DNA of 64,000 bases, taken from NCBI GenBank assembly GCA_052327205.1, contig CM126204.1, positions 43,090,001 to 43,154,000 on the forward strand, written 5' to 3'. Source of the DNA: Somniosus microcephalus. Its lineage: Eukaryota. Shown here piece after piece: positions 12,806 to 26,556 of the stretch (its first letter is position 1; the number at the start of each line of letters is the position of its first letter). Position numbers and translations under genes: made by a program. The notes beneath the pieces were generated by a model that saw only the letters and a program-made list of their open reading frames with translations, was not told the DNA's origin and made no database searches.

Positions 12806-13007
12806 GGTGGTCATTTGAACCTAACCCGCCCAGCAGTAAACTGACGACATTGGACCGGCCGCCTGTTTTACATCCCGGGTGATTTTATTTTCCATGGACT
12901 TCAGTGGAAAGTAAAACCAGACAGCATGTAAAACAGGCACCTGATCCGATCAGATCAGATCCAATCCTATAAGTTTCCATTGGGCAGGTTAAGTTAAAAT
13001 CACCACC
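12806..13007. mobile_element. MITE with about 27-bp imperfect TIRs
   Basis: GGTGGTCATTTGAACCTAACCCGCCCA ... TGGGCAGGTTAAGTTAAAATCACCACC. Confidence 0.7.
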
Positions 13008-13831
13008 ATTTGTTTCTGTTCCGGCTCGTTGTTCGAGCAAACGTAACCTAATCCCATTGCCTCACTCCCTCCTCATAGCCCTCTATACTGCTCTGTTTCA
13101 AATGCCAATTTTCCTGTAAAAGATGCAGTGGTCACTGCCTCAACCAATCCCTGTGGCAAAGCAGTCAATGCTCCAACAACCCTCTGCATAAAGAAATTTG
13201 AGATGGATCAATTCCTTGTATTTCACTGCCGGCTACACATTTGACTTACTTGTAATAACTTGTACTATTTGAATGAGTTCCTATATGCTTGTTCTTTCTA
13301 GTTACAGAATAACATCTTTCTAATCACATCCAGACTCAGGAGGTGAAAGACTGCAAATTGCAAATAAGTGTTTGATAACGGCAGTGTCTGGCTTAAAAAA
13401 TGAATTTGACAAAATCAAATACTTTCTCGACGTCCTCTATCAATTTCATTTGTAAAAACGAATAAAAATAGTTGCTTCTTCTCACAGTTTTCAGTGAATT
13501 GGCAACTGAACGATGGTGCATCATTAACTGTTTCCTACCATCTGTTTTGAAGAATACACAGCTGCTGAATCTAAGTTCGAGTTTAATATCACAATGTCAT
13601 TCTATGGAGAAATGGCGTGTTGGATGAATGCCTCATGCTCAGGTTGTTGTATCACATCTGCACCTTCACTGTCTGCATTGCTCAGGTGCTGCACCAGGTA
13701 TCGTACAATCAGGCTCTCCCCGCCTCTCATTGAAACGCAGGCATCACTTGTTCATGGTCGCCAACTCTCGGGTTTTGTTTTCAATTGAGAAAGCTAGATA
13801 AATGCCTGTGGCCCATAGTGGAGGGCATTAC

Positions 13832-16800
13832 TGTAGTGTCCGGGTATCAATAATACTCGGACTGCAGGAGAACAATAAAACAGGTATTTACTGAACAGAG
13901 GGTAACTCAAGACTGAAGTACAGAAGCCTGCTAGGGCTTTTTATACAGATGTGGTCACTGCCGGTACTGCAGTATAAAATCAGTTCTTCTCTTAAAGGTA
14001 CATACACAACAATTCCTCCCCTTTTAGATAAACAGTACATAACATTCATTTAACAACCAAATAATAACTAATTACAATTACAATTTTCTCTATTATATAC
14101 ATCAACTGAAATAATTATTTATAAGTTCAGTCTTTGAGGAGGCTTCCTGATCCTGACTGGATAGCGCCTTTCTCGAGTATCCTGTTCTTGCAGCGGAGTC
14201 GATTCTGGCTCATTGTCATTGGTTGGTTCGTCAGCTTCCAATACCACTGCTTCTGAGGTAGATGCAATCTGTACTTCGGGTTCATTACCAGGTGCACATG
14301 CTCGTGGCATAGGTTTGGCTTGTTCCTGTGACTCTAGAATCTGGTCAGCATGGCGTCTCACGATGCCCTCTCCAACATCCACTGTGTACATTAGTGGCCC
14401 CTGCTGTGTGCATATCGTTCCTGGCTGCCATTTTTCTGTTCGGTAGTCGCGGGCCAAGACTGGTTGCCCTATCTTGAAGCTCCTGGTTGGCTTCTCATTT
14501 ATGTGCTGGAATTGCTTATCCTCAACATCTCGTCTTATGTTTGGTTTGAGCAAATCCAGGCGACATCTTAGCCTTCGGTTGAAGAACATTATGGCTGGAG
14601 CTAGGTTGGTGACTGCATGTGTCGCATTCCGGTAAGCAAACAAGAAATTATCTACCTTGTGTTGTAGTGGTATGTCGTCGTTATACATCGCCTTTATTGC
14701 CTTTTTAAAGGTCTGAACAAACCTCTCAGCCAATCCATTTGTGGCTGGATGGTATGGGGCAGATGTGTAATGTTTCACCCCATTATTCCTCAGAAACCTC
14801 CGGAAATCTTCGGACACAAACTGTGGCCCATTATCGGAGCAAATCTGTTCTGGCAAGCCATTCCTGGTGAAGATGGTCCGTAGGACTGCAATAGTTTTCT
14901 CCGTGGTGGTGGAGGACATTTTGATGACCTCTGGCCATTTCGAATGGGCATCCACGGCGATTAGAAACATTCAGTCCATAAATGGACCAGCAAAATCAAT
15001 GTGTACCCATTGCTATGGAGATGAGGGCCACTCCCATGGGTGTAGAGGGGCCTGTGGTGGTGCATTTTGGACTTTCTGACATCCTGAGCAGCTCTTGGTC
15101 AGGTCCTCGATTTGTTTATCGATTCCCGGCCACCACACTTAAGCCCTGGTTAGGCTTTTCATTTTTACCCCTCCCAGATGACCCTCATGAAGCTCATTGA
15201 GCACTCTGTCTCTCAACTTGGGTGGAATTACCACTCGGGATCCACACATCAAGGTCCCCCGGCACACTGACAGCTGTTCTCTCCTTGGCAAGAATGCTGG
15301 CAACAGTGAGTCGCCATGTGCTGGCCATCCCTTCACCGTCAAATCATAGACCCGAGAGAGTATCGGGTCATTTCGGGTTTCTTTCTCTATACTTGAGTTT
15401 GTAACGGGCAGACATTCGACTATGGTCGCATGGAATATCTCAACAGGGTCCACTGCAGGTGCTTCCTCTACCGTAGGCAACATCTCAACAGGGTCCACTG
15501 CAGGTGCTTCCTCTACCGTAGGCAACGGTAGGCGCGACAGCCCATCAGCATTTCCATGCTGTTTCGTACCCTTGTACTCTATGTCGTACTGATGTGCCCC
15601 TAGAAAAGGTGACCATCTTTGCAGCCGTTGTGCCGTCATCACTGGAACGCCCTACTTTGGGTTAAAAATGGAGACCAGGGCTGATGATCAGTCAGTAGGG
15701 TGAATTTCAGCCCGTGCAGATAGTGATTGAACTTCTTCACCCCCCACACCAGGCTGAGGGCCTCCCTGTCAATCTGGACGTAGTTACGCTCGGCTGAGGT
15801 TAACGAGCGCGACGCAAAGGCTATTGGCCTCTCTGAACCATCAAGGAATTTGTGTGACAGCACCGCTCCAATGCCGTAGGGAGACGCATCACATGCCAAC
15901 CGAATCGGTAGTGTTGGGTTGTAGTGGGCCAATACTTCTTTTGAAGTGATTAGGCATTTACATTTCTGAAAGGCACGCTTACACTCATCACTCCATTTCC
16001 ATGTTACTCCAGTTTGCAGTAGAGCGTTCAGTGGGTGCAGAATTGTAGATAAATTCGGCAAGAACTTATGGTAGTAGTTCACCAACCCAAGAAACGACCT
16101 CAGTTGCGACACATTTTCCGGTGCTGGAGCCTTGACTACAGCCTCAATCTTGTCTGGCGACTTATGCAACCCTTCCTCATCAATCATGTGGCCACAATAC
16201 GAGATTTGTCTCCTGAAGAACTCGCATTTGGGGCGGTTGGCTCGTAGCCCATATTCCTGCAATCTAGTGAGCACCTGCTCCAGGTTGGCAAGGTGTTCAC
16301 TGTCATTTTCGCCCGTAACCAGGATGTCGTCCAAATAACACTGGGTCCCCGGGATCCCTTGCAGGACCGCCCTCTGCCAAATAGCCGGGGCTGATGCTAC
16401 CCCGAATACCAGTCGATTGTACTGGTAAAGGCCTTTGTGAGTGTTTATCGTGAGGTATTTCCTAGATGCTTCTTCCACCTCCATTTGTAGATACGCTTGG
16501 GCCAGATCAATCTTCGTAAAGCGTTTCCCTCCAGATAGTGAGGCGAAAATATCTTCTATCCGTGGAAGAGGATATTGTACTGTGTGCAGGACTGGGTTCA
16601 CAGTTACCTTGAAGTCCCTACAGATGCGAACCTTCTTCGGCTCCCCAGGCGTGCTGCTCAATGATTTCTTCATTACAGGAACGATGGGTGTGGCCCACTC
16701 ACTCCAGTCCACCTTGGACAGCACACCTGAATGCTCCAGACTCTCCAGTTCTGCTTCAACGGCTAGGCGGATCGTGTACGGTACCGGTCTGGCCTTAAAA

Positions 16801-18669
16801 ATTTTTGGGTTTGCGTTATCTTCGATTTTTATCATTGCCTTTACTCCTTTTAGAGTCCCAAGTCCTTGTTGGAACACCTCTTTCGTTTCAGTTAGAACTT
16901 TTGACAGTCATCCAGGTGTGACGTCATCACCCTTTTTGTCAGTCACAGTTAGTGTCTGAATGGAATGCCAATCCAATTGTATTTTTCGGATCCATTCACG
17001 TCCCAATAATGGTGGTCCTCCATCTTGTAGTATACATAGATACAGTTTCTGTGTTTCCTTGCTGTTGTATTTAACTGGCACCCTTATTTTTCCTCTGGGG
17101 TAGACTTTTTGCCCCGTGTATGTCTTCAATACAATGGACGTGTCCTTTAAGGGTATGTGTGAGAATAGCCGCTCATAGTCTCGTCGATTCATGACAGTTA
17201 GGGCTGATCCTGTATCCAATTCCATCTTTACTTGGGACCCTGCTATCATGAGGGTGACCCAAATGGTTCGGTGATCCTCCTTTGCGATCATGTTGTGTAA
17301 CTTTAGACAACTTAGTCTCCTGCTCCCAGCATCATTATCACTCTCCTGATCTTCCGAACTACTGTCTGTCATTTTTTTTACTTTCTTGTACTTTTCCTTA
17401 GTAGTTGTTGTAGTGTTGGTTTTCTGTTGTATTTCCGCAGCTCCCCGTGCTGCTGCTTCGTAGGATACTGCCACGCTGAAAGCCTGTTCTAGCGTCAGGT
17501 CCTTTTCCGAAAGTAGTAGTTTCTGGTTTCCTTCACTCTGGAGCCCGCAGACAAACTTATCCCGTAAGGTGTCTGCCAGTCCTGCTCCGAACTGGCAGTG
17601 CTTCGATAACTTGCGTAGTTCCGTAAGATAGTCAGCATTGTTCTCATCTTTGTGCTGGTTTCTTTTATGGAACTTGAATCTTTCTGCTATCAGCAGCGGT
17701 GTAGGGTTTAGGTGTTCCTGTAAGATATTAACAATCTCTTCAAAACTTTTCTCCATTGGTTTAGCTGGGGTAATTAAATTCCGCAATAGGCCGTACGTTC
17801 TCGCGCCCATCAAATTTAATAATACCGACGCCTTCTTTCCATTGGCCACCTCGTTGGCATTGCAGTACACTTCAATTCTTTCCACATACGTGGTCCAGTC
17901 TTCTACCTCATTGTCGAAAGCAGTGATACTGCCACTCTTCGGCATCTTGGGTGATTTAAAATGGCGCCTCCCGCGCTTTTTCTTCTTCCCCAATGGAATA
18001 AAATGGCGCCTCCCACGCTTTTCCTTCTTCCCCTTGCTGCCACGCTGCTCCTAGCGTTCTACAGGGTAATGGCGGCAACCCGTGGCTTCGGCGCGTCTCA
18101 CTTTTCCTTCCCCGCGTTCTATCCTCTCCACGCTGCCCGGTTCTTGAGCACCGACTGCGCCCTGTGCGCTCCACCCTCTTTCTCTCTCTTCCTCCCGACG
18201 ACGCTGCACGGCCCCTTTGCAGAGCCGCTCGATCGAGCCCGAGCCCGCCGCAGTCCAGAAGGGTCAGCGCACTACCTGCTACCAGCACGACTTGCTGGAA
18301 CACCTCGACTGGGGAGCCAGGCCCAGCTCTCCACAGCCTCCCCTGCAACTCTCCGATTGATCCCTGGGCAGTTGCCCGTGGTCGACGCCCGCCGTTCTGA
18401 CTTCGACCTCCAAGAAGCTTCTCTTCAGGGAAAAGATCCCCGTGAGGTGATGCAGTACTGCAGGTGAGTTCAAACCTGCCCGTCGCCAGTGTAGTGTCCG
18501 GGTATCAATAATACTCGGACTGCAGGAGAACAATAAAACAGGTATTTACTGAACAGAGGGTAACTCAAGACTAAAGTACAGAAGCCTGCTAGGGCTTTTT
18601 ATACAGGTGTGGTCACTGCCGGTACTGCAGTATAAAATCAGTTCCTCTCTTAAAGGTACATACACAACA
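13832..18669 (-). mobile_element. Ty3/Gypsy (Mag-like) LTR retrotransposon, near full length, frameshifted
   Basis: 180-bp LTRs at 13832-14011 and 18490-18669 (TG..CA, 3 differences by eye); target-site duplication (TSD) ATTAC; PBS TGGCGACG; PPT AAGGGGAGGA. Confidence 0.96.
14119..17946 (-). pseudogene. Gag-protease-RT-RNase H-integrase polyprotein, broken into several ORFs
   Basis: Gag (ERFKFHKRNQ), protease (LDTGS), RT (YLDD), RNase H (DASPYGIGAVL), integrase (SDNGPQF, HPATNGLAERFV). Confidence 0.93.
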
Positions 18670-18872
18670 ATTACAAGGATGAAAAGAGTGACGAGACGAT
18701 AGCCACTTTGTCTTGATCCATGAATATTAATGCAGAGAGAGAGAAAAAAGAACAAATCTCATTTGGTGTCCAGTGTGGCGTAATGCTGACGTCAGTGGTG
18801 CTGCGTGGTAAATATCCTCATCAGTAGTGAACTGGTAGTGATATTGTAACAAGTTTTTCAATACTATCAGTG

Positions 18873-21625
18873 TCATTTCCAAAAGCAATGCCAATAGATT
18901 GAGGCCTGGCTCAAAAAAGGGCAGGATTGAGTACTAAATATTCCTGGATATAAGGTGCTCAGGAAAGATAGGGCAGTAAAGAAAGGAGGTCGGTGGCAGT
19001 ATTGTGTAGAGAATATTACCGTGCTGGAGAGAAAGGATGTCCTGGAGGGGACAAGGATAGAATCTATTTGGTTAGAGTTAGGGAACAATAGTGGTGCCAT
19101 TACACTACTAGATATATTCTATAGGCCTGGAAAGGATATAGAGGAGCAAATTTGCAGGAAAATTAGAGAGGTGCAAGAACTATAGAGTAGTGATAATGGG
19201 GGACTTCAACTATCCTAATATAGACTGAGATAGTAATAGTCTAAAGAGCAGAGAGGGGAAAGAATTTCTGAAGTGTGTTCAGGAGAACCTTCTTGATCAG
19301 TATGTTTCCGGCCTAACGAGGAAGGAGGCATTGCTGGATCTGGCTGTGGGGAATGAGGTGGGTCAAGTGGAGCAAGTGCCAGTAGGGGAACATTTAGGGA
19401 ACAGTGATCATAGTATCATAAGGTTTAGATTAACTATGGAAAAGGACAGGGAGCAATCTAGAGTAAAAATACTTAATTGGAGGAAGGCCAATTTCAGTGG
19501 TTTGAGAACGGATCTGACCCGGGTAAATTGAAATCAAAGATTGGCAGGCAAAACTAATCGAACAATGGGCTGCCTTTAAAGAGGATATGGTTCAGGTACA
19601 GTCGAGGTACATTCCCACGCAGAGGAAAGGCAGGGCAACCAAAGCCAGAGCTCCCTGGATGCCGAAAGAGAGTGAGAGTAAGATGGAGCAGAAAAAGGGG
19701 GTGTATGGCAGATGTCAGGTTGAGAATACAAGTGAGAACCAGGCTGAGTATATCAAGTTCAGAGGTGAAATGAAAAAGGAAATAAGAGGGGTAAAGAGAG
19801 AATATGAGAATAGATTGGCAGCTAACATAAAAGGGAATCCAAAAGTCTTCGATAGGCATATAAATAATAAACAGGTAGTAAGAGGAGAGGTGGGACCAAA
19901 AAGGAGGCAGAGGGCATGGCTGAGGTACTAAATGAATACTTTGCATCTGTCTTTACCAAGGAAGAAGATGCTGCCAAAGTCATAGTGAAAGAGGAGGTAG
20001 TTGAAATACTGGATGAGCTAAATATTGATATACAGGAGGTACTAGAAAGGCTGGCTGTAATTAAAGTAGATAAGTCACCAGGGCCAGATGGGATGCATCC
20101 TCGGATGCTGAAGGGTGGAAATTACAGAAGTACTGGCCATAATCTTCCAATCCTCCTTAGATATGGGGGTGGTGCCAGAGGACTGGAGAATTGCAAATGT
20201 TACACCCTTGTTCAAAAAAGCGTGTAAGGGTAAACCCAGCAACTACAGTTTAACCTCGGTAGAGGGGAAGCTTTTAGAAATGATACAAAATTAACAGTCA
20301 CTTGGACAAGTGTGGATTAATTAAGGAAAGCCAGCATGGATTTGGTAAAGGCAAATTGTGTTTAACGCATTTGATTGAGTTTTTTAATGAGGTAAGAGAA
20401 AGGGCAATGCGGTTGATGTGGTGTACATAGACTTCCAAAAGGCATTTGATAAAGTGCCACATAATAGGTTTGCCAGCAAAGTTGAAGCTCATGGATTAAA
20501 AGAGACAGTGGCAGCATGGATACAAAATTGGCCAAGCGACAGGAAACAGAGAGTAGTGGAAACAGTAGAGTAGTGGTGAACGGTTGTTTTTCGGACTGGA
20601 GGAAGGTGTACAGTGGTGTTCCCCAGGGGTTAGTACTAGGAGCATTGCTTTTCTTGATATATATTAATGACTTGGACTTGGGTGTACAGGGCACAATTTC
20701 AAAATTTGCAGATGACAAAAAACTTGGAAGTACAGTGAACTGTGAGGAGGATAGTGATAGACTTCAAGAGGACATAGACAGGCTGGTGGAATGGGCGGAC
20801 ACGTGGCAGATGAAATTTAATGCAGAAAAGTGCAGTGATACATTTTGGTAGGAAGAACGAGGAGAGGACATATAAACTAAAGGGTACAATTCTAAAGGGG
20901 GTGCATGAACAGAGAGACCTGGGGGTGTATGTGCACAAATCGTTGAAGGTGGCAGGACAGGTTGAGAAAGCGGTTAAAAAAGCATACGGGATCCTGGGTT
21001 TCATAAATAGAGGCATAGAGTACAAAAGCAAGGAAGTTATGATGAACCTTTTATAAAACATTGGTTTGGCCTCAACTGGAGTATTGTGTCCGGTTCTGGG
21101 CACCGCACTTTAGGAAAGATGTGAAGTGCCTTAGAAAGGGTGCAGAAAAGATTTACAAGAATGGTTCCAGGGATGAGGGACTTCAGTTACGTGGATAGAC
21201 TGGAGAAGCTGGGTTGTTCTCCTTAGAGCAGAGAAGGTTGGAAGGAGATTTGATAGAGGTGCTCAAAATCATGAGGGGTCTAGACAGAGTAGATAGAGAG
21301 AAACTGTTCTCATTGGTGGAAGGGTCGAGAACCAGAGGACACAGATTGAAGGTGATTGGCAGTAGAGCCAAAGACGACATGAGGAAAAACCTTTTTATGC
21401 AGCGAGTGGTTATGACCTGGAATGCACTGCCTGAAAGGGTGGTGGAGGCAGATTCAATTGTGGCTTTCAAAAGGGAATTGGATAAGTCCCTGAAGGAAAA
21501 TAATTGCAGGGCTACGGGGTAAGGACAGGGGAGTGGGACTAGCTGAAGTGATCTTGCAGAAGGCCGGCATGGGCTCGACGGGCCGAATGACCTCTTCTAT
21601 GCTGTAACCATTCTATGATTCTATA
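18873..21625 (+). mobile_element. CR1 LINE with nearly complete ORF2 (APE endonuclease + RT), many disruptions
   Basis: EHLGNSDH, KSPGPDGMHP, SGVPQGLVLG, ISKFADD, EQRRLEGDLIEV; (ATTCTATG)n tail. Confidence 0.92.
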
Positions 21626-22029
21626 ATTCTACTGGGACATTCTTAGAACTTAGCAGCATCAATCAGAGGTAACAGTCATACTGCCGCAAATTATTCAAAT
21701 AACCCTGCCACCTGCCGTGTGTCCTACAGAGTGTCCCCGGTTCAGTGCCTCTGTCTCTTACCTGCCCTGTGGTGTGGTGAATGTCTGGTGCTTTCAACTC
21801 TTACCTATATCAGATTCCATTGGGTATTGCATGTGAGGATCTCTGCCTCTTACCTGCTCAGGATCAAGTCGGCTATCACACATTCTTCATCTCTTTCTTG
21901 GCAGTGGCATATGGGATGTTGCATTGACATCTGAGAAGCATTATTGCTGTGATAGTAGTCGATTTTCAATATCAGTGTCTGAAATCATTAAAAAAAACAT
22001 AGGTGGCCCAGGGAGGAAAGAATTCTCTT

Positions 22030-22170
22030 GAATTCTGAGGAATGGTAATCGACCTGAAACGCTAACTCGGTTTCTCTCTCCACAGATGCTGCCTGACCTG
22101 CTGAGTATTTCCAGCATTTTCTGATTTTGTTTCAGATTTCCAGCATCCGCAGTATTTTGCTTTTGTATTC
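22030..22170 (+). mobile_element. Penelope pseudo-LTR fragment with degenerate hammerhead
   Basis: CTGAGGA...GAAACGCTAACT followed by the GATGCTGCCTGACCTGCTGAGTATTTCCAGC tail. Confidence 0.82.
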
Positions 22171-22678
22171 TCTTCAACTGTCGGCAGTCTAAGGCTGAGA
22201 AAGATTTTCAGGCAACATTAGCAATCAAACTGTTGGTGGCTTTAATTATGTTGTACAGCTCTTTTAATGTTGCCTTTGCACTGCATTAATGCTGTCCCTG
22301 TCTGGCTTTAGGGGGATTGCTGTAATGTAAATGAGGCAGCACTACTGCCTCTGGTGGTATAAAGTACAACTTGAGGCTATTTCTTCCCTGCTCCTGCAGG
22401 CGCAGCACCCAACAGTTTACATAATGTGAGCAGGACGCAAGAGGAGCAAATAACAAGTACACAGCAGTAGTAAATCCCACCTGGTTCATAATTAGAATAA
22501 TAAGATAAGTTGGTACATTTTAAATGATATTTACACTTGATGTGCTCCACTAATTAGTGATAGTGAGGCAGCCAATTGACGTCTTTAGATGAGCTGTTAA
22601 CAAAGCAGCAATTGCAAATTTAAAGACTGAAGCAATTAAAGGTGAATTGTGTGTACGAACTATAAAATGATGCACATA

Positions 22679-23053
22679 AGGCCTGATTTTAACCTGGGGT
22701 GAGAGGCGCACGTGGGGCTAGCGGCCATTTTAACGTCTGGGCCACCACCGCTTGACACCTGCCCGAACAACGTGTGGGAATGACGTGAGGCCAGAGGGCG
22801 GGAGCTGTGCGTGCGTGGAAGGTGGCCGCCATCAGGTACCCAAGGAAACGGTCCCCGGCATGGTAAAGGAAGGGGGGTGGGCCCGAGCTGATCGCGGAAA
22901 GGGGAAAGTCATCGGAGGCCCAAAGATTCCTCCCAGGGCACACGGGAGTCCTGCGAAAGTTCACTCTGTCCCTGGATTCCGCTTCAGGGCAGCTTCTTTG
23001 GCCGTAGTTGGCAATGTGGGCAACCCACGTGGCTTGGGGTTAAAATTGAGTCG
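22679..23053. mobile_element. GC-rich MITE-like element
   Basis: Ends GGCCTGATTTTAACC ... GGTTAAAATTGAGTC; similar left end at 57718. Confidence 0.55.
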
Positions 23054-23671
23054 TGATCTGAATGACGGCATCAACTATTTTGTATTTCAGTCAGAAGTTA
23101 CAGATATTTGTGATTCATGATGGTGGCGATGTGCTACTTTTAACATTAATTTTAGCCATTAAAATTTTGGAGCTCACGGTCCTTAATGAATATTATCAAT
23201 GTATTTTGTCGCTAACATAACTTGGCAGTACTTTATGACGATGGAAACTTATATTGGTCTCACTTTTGGAGCTGCTGCTGAAGGCCCAGAAAAGTGGTGT
23301 CTCTAAATTGTGTTCGTTGTCATTTAGTTTAACTGTGCCTTATTGGAGAGCAGATGAAGTTAACCCTACGCATTCTCGATTGAAATTTCCAGGTAGCTCG
23401 TCTCGCACTGTGAACAACCACAACGGTTAAATTGTTAACGCAAGAAAGATTTTCTGGGGCAGATAACTCCTCCAGAATCCAATGTACCTGCATTGATTTG
23501 TGGGTGTCACGAATAGCTCCTTTTACTGCAGTTCAACATCGACCAATCGATGCAGCACTTAATGAGATTGTAACAGCTTTACAAATGGAGACGCATCCAA
23601 CTTCTGTGCAGCGGGGTGCGGGGCGGGGGGGGGAAGGTACAGCGAGTTTTGTGTGCTTGTACTCAAGTGCA

Positions 23672-23888
23672 TGTACCGAGTGACGTAAGAAAACTACTAG
23701 GCACTTGGTCTGAGCATTAAACAAGGCTTTAATCAACTGTTTTTCAACATGGAGATCTAGTTGTGTCGTTCACTAGTTCCTGATAAAGAATGTCCTGAGC
23801 AAGCTGGGCCCATGCCTGAGTATTTATACTCTCCCTGGACAGCGCCACCAGCAGGCCGCCCAGTATTACTTCATAAGTCATTTCCACA
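23672..23888 (-). mobile_element. Probable solo LTR (Gypsy)
   Basis: TG..CA ends; minus strand TGTGG..TATAAATA..ATTAAAGCCTT; shares CAGCGCCACC and AAAGCCTT with the LTRs at 58360; flanks TGCA/TGAA. Confidence 0.55.
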
Positions 23889-24049
23889 TGAATGCCACGA
23901 TTCATGTCACAGAGCGCTGCTGACTGACTGCCGGTGAAGCAGGCAGCAAGAGCATTTTCTTAAGTTTAAAGCTTAAATACTGGGGCAGCTCATAAGTTTC
24001 AGATTATTTCGAGCTAGATCAGCATTTCTTCTCTCCTGGTTTTCATCAT

Positions 24050-24319
24050 TTCCTCCTGTTAGGAAGTGCTCACTCAAGCTGGTGCAGAGTTCCACAGGCA
24101 GCCGCTGTCCTCTGGCACCTCAACCCAAGTGGCCCATTCTTCACGTAGAGGTGGTGAATGTTGGGATTCAACCATAGGAGGCCCAGTGTACAGAGATGCA
24201 CGTTCCAGCAGAGGGTAATTGGATAGCAATCAGGAGTGTAAAGTCTTATCTTATTGTTCCCCCATCTTATTGGCTGAAGTACTGAAGCCGATTGTAATGG
24301 CCCTTCCACCACCCCAGCT
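24050..24319 (-). mobile_element. Ancient SINE (AmnSINE2-like), split by Tx1; remainder at 34243-34340
   Basis: Reverse complement of GTGAAGAATGGGCCACTTGGG and related motifs; the 5' half continues after the Tx1 TSD. Confidence 0.6.
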
Positions 24320-26556
24320 AGGAGAGCGTCCGAGCGGAAAGAAGGCGCGGCGGAAGATGAAAAAGCTTCAGGCGGGTCCCCTCAACGTGCAGACTGATGA
24401 TCTAACGGAACTTACGCCCGCATTCCCCGCGGAGTTGGCGGCGGAGTTTAAGAGTGGGAGGGGCCTCGTGCCCGAGCCTGTGACCGCAACTGACGAGGCG
24501 GAAAGATCAAGACCTGCGGCCGGGCACGGGCCCGAGGGACCCAGGAAACACTCGGCAGGAGGAAGCGGAGGAGGAGGCCTCGGTAGGCATGGAGGTCTCC
24601 CAGTCTCTGTGTCCCTCCAGACATAAAAGGAGGCGCGAATCCCTGGGAGAGGAGGAGAACCACGAGGAGCAGGGTCCCTCCTCGCAAGGGGAGTCATCGC
24701 CCGCCACAGGTACTGCGCAACCCCCCACCGACACCATTACCAGTATTCGGCAGGATTTGCCTGTCCCTCGGGAGGGTACGACAGATGAGTCTGTCCAGCC
24801 TGTGCCTCCCGGGGATGGGGAAGAGTCTCTGCTCGTCGGGGGGGCCGCGGAACTACCCGTGGAAGTTATAATTGAAGGCCCATTACTCCTCACCGGGTCA
24901 GGCGTCCTGGGGACTGGGGCGGGCGAGGCCGAAGAGGCTGAGTTCACCCAAGACAGCCGGGACATCTCCCAGGTGCTGCTCGACCTGGTCGAGAACCTCA
25001 ACCAGGGTCCCCGGTCCGCTGGGTCGGTGGCTGGTGGCGGTGAAGGGGAAGGCTCCCAGACTCCGCCGCCGACACTGGCGCCGGGGGTGTTGGGGGAACT
25101 GGGAATAATGTTCTCCCCAGTTTTCCCGTGCACTTCGGTGCCTGGGGCGGAGGGGGGCCTTGAACTGCCACCGCTTCCTGACCCGTCACCTCTGGAGGAG
25201 CCCAGGGAGGTCTCCTCTGCCGCCAATCCTGGGGGTGGGATCGGGTCAGAGGTGGGGCTGCCTGATGGCGACCTCCCAGAGGAGGACGGGGACCCGGCGG
25301 CGGGCACAGAGGACGACCTGGACTCCATCGCCAGCGAGGCGGCGGATACCCATGTGCCCCTCTCCGGGTCCCCCCTCATCCCCGTTGTGGAACTCCGGGA
25401 CTTTATGGCCACGTGCCAGGGTCACCACGATATAATCCGGCTGGCCTTCGACAGATGGTCGGATCTGGCGCTGCTCGTTGGCTCCATCCACGCCGCCGCT
25501 AAAACCATGGGCGTGGACGAGGGCGTGAGCCGCCCGAGTGGCATCAGATCAAGAAGTTCCTCGCTGGGCTGAGAAGGGAGTGGCAGTTGGCTAGTGGCCG
25601 CTCTCCCTCCTCCCGTTAGGTTTAAGTAGAGGTTGCACTATGCTCTTGTCATGAAGATAACCATAGCCAGCCTCAACATCAATGGCAGCAGAGAGGTGCG
25701 CAGTAGATTTAGTAATTTCTCGGTCCTCCGGGACGGGGTTATGCGGTGTGCTTCCTGCAAGAAACCCACACTGTTCCGGGAGACGAGGCCACGTGGCTCC
25801 TGGAGTGGCAAGGAGGGGTCAGCATGAGTCACCTCTCCAGTAATTCCAGCGGGGTGGCTATCTTGCTGGCCCCACATTTTCAGCCGGAGATCTTGGAGGT
25901 CAAGGAGCTTGTGCCGGCCGCTTCCTCCAGGTCCCTGTTCGCCTGGGGGGCTTGCCGCTCCATCTAGTGAATGTGTATGCCCCCCGGACCGGTGCGCAGC
26001 GAGTGCGCTTCTTTGATGAAGTGCCCGCTCTTCTGGGCTCCATCGACGTCGGCGAGTGCGTCATCCTCGGGGGGGATTTTAATTGCACCCTCGAGGCGAG
26101 GGACCGTTCAGTTCGCCCGCGCGGCCTGGAGGCGATAGAGAAGTTGAGGGACCTGGTCGGGTCCTTCGACTTGGTGGACGTCTCGCGAAATCTCCATCCT
26201 GACTCCAGGGCCTTCACCTAGGTGAGGTCTGGAGGAGGAAGGTCCAGAATCGACCGCGTTTACATTTCCCGGGCGTACGTCTCCTGCGTTCATGCGGCCG
26301 GTGCCATACATGGACCACCACCTGGTGTGGGCGGAGCTTGCAGCATTACGCACGTGCGGGGGGGGGGGCGCATACTGGCATTTTAACAACAGCCCTGCTC
26401 CTTCACCTGGCACCTTCCCGTGCAAGCGCAGGAGATGCAACACATGCCCTTTTACCTCCTCCCCTCCCACTGTCCAGGGCCCCAAACACCCCTTCCAGGT
26501 GAAACAGCGATTTACTTGTACTTCTTGCAATTTAATATACTGTATTCGCTGCTCAC

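Noticed and set aside
24507-25572. Long Pro/Gly/Glu-rich ORFs on both strands as a host gene
   Set aside because: They lie inside the Tx1 TSDs directly upstream of ORF2, so they are the low-complexity end of ORF1 and its GC-rich antisense shadow.
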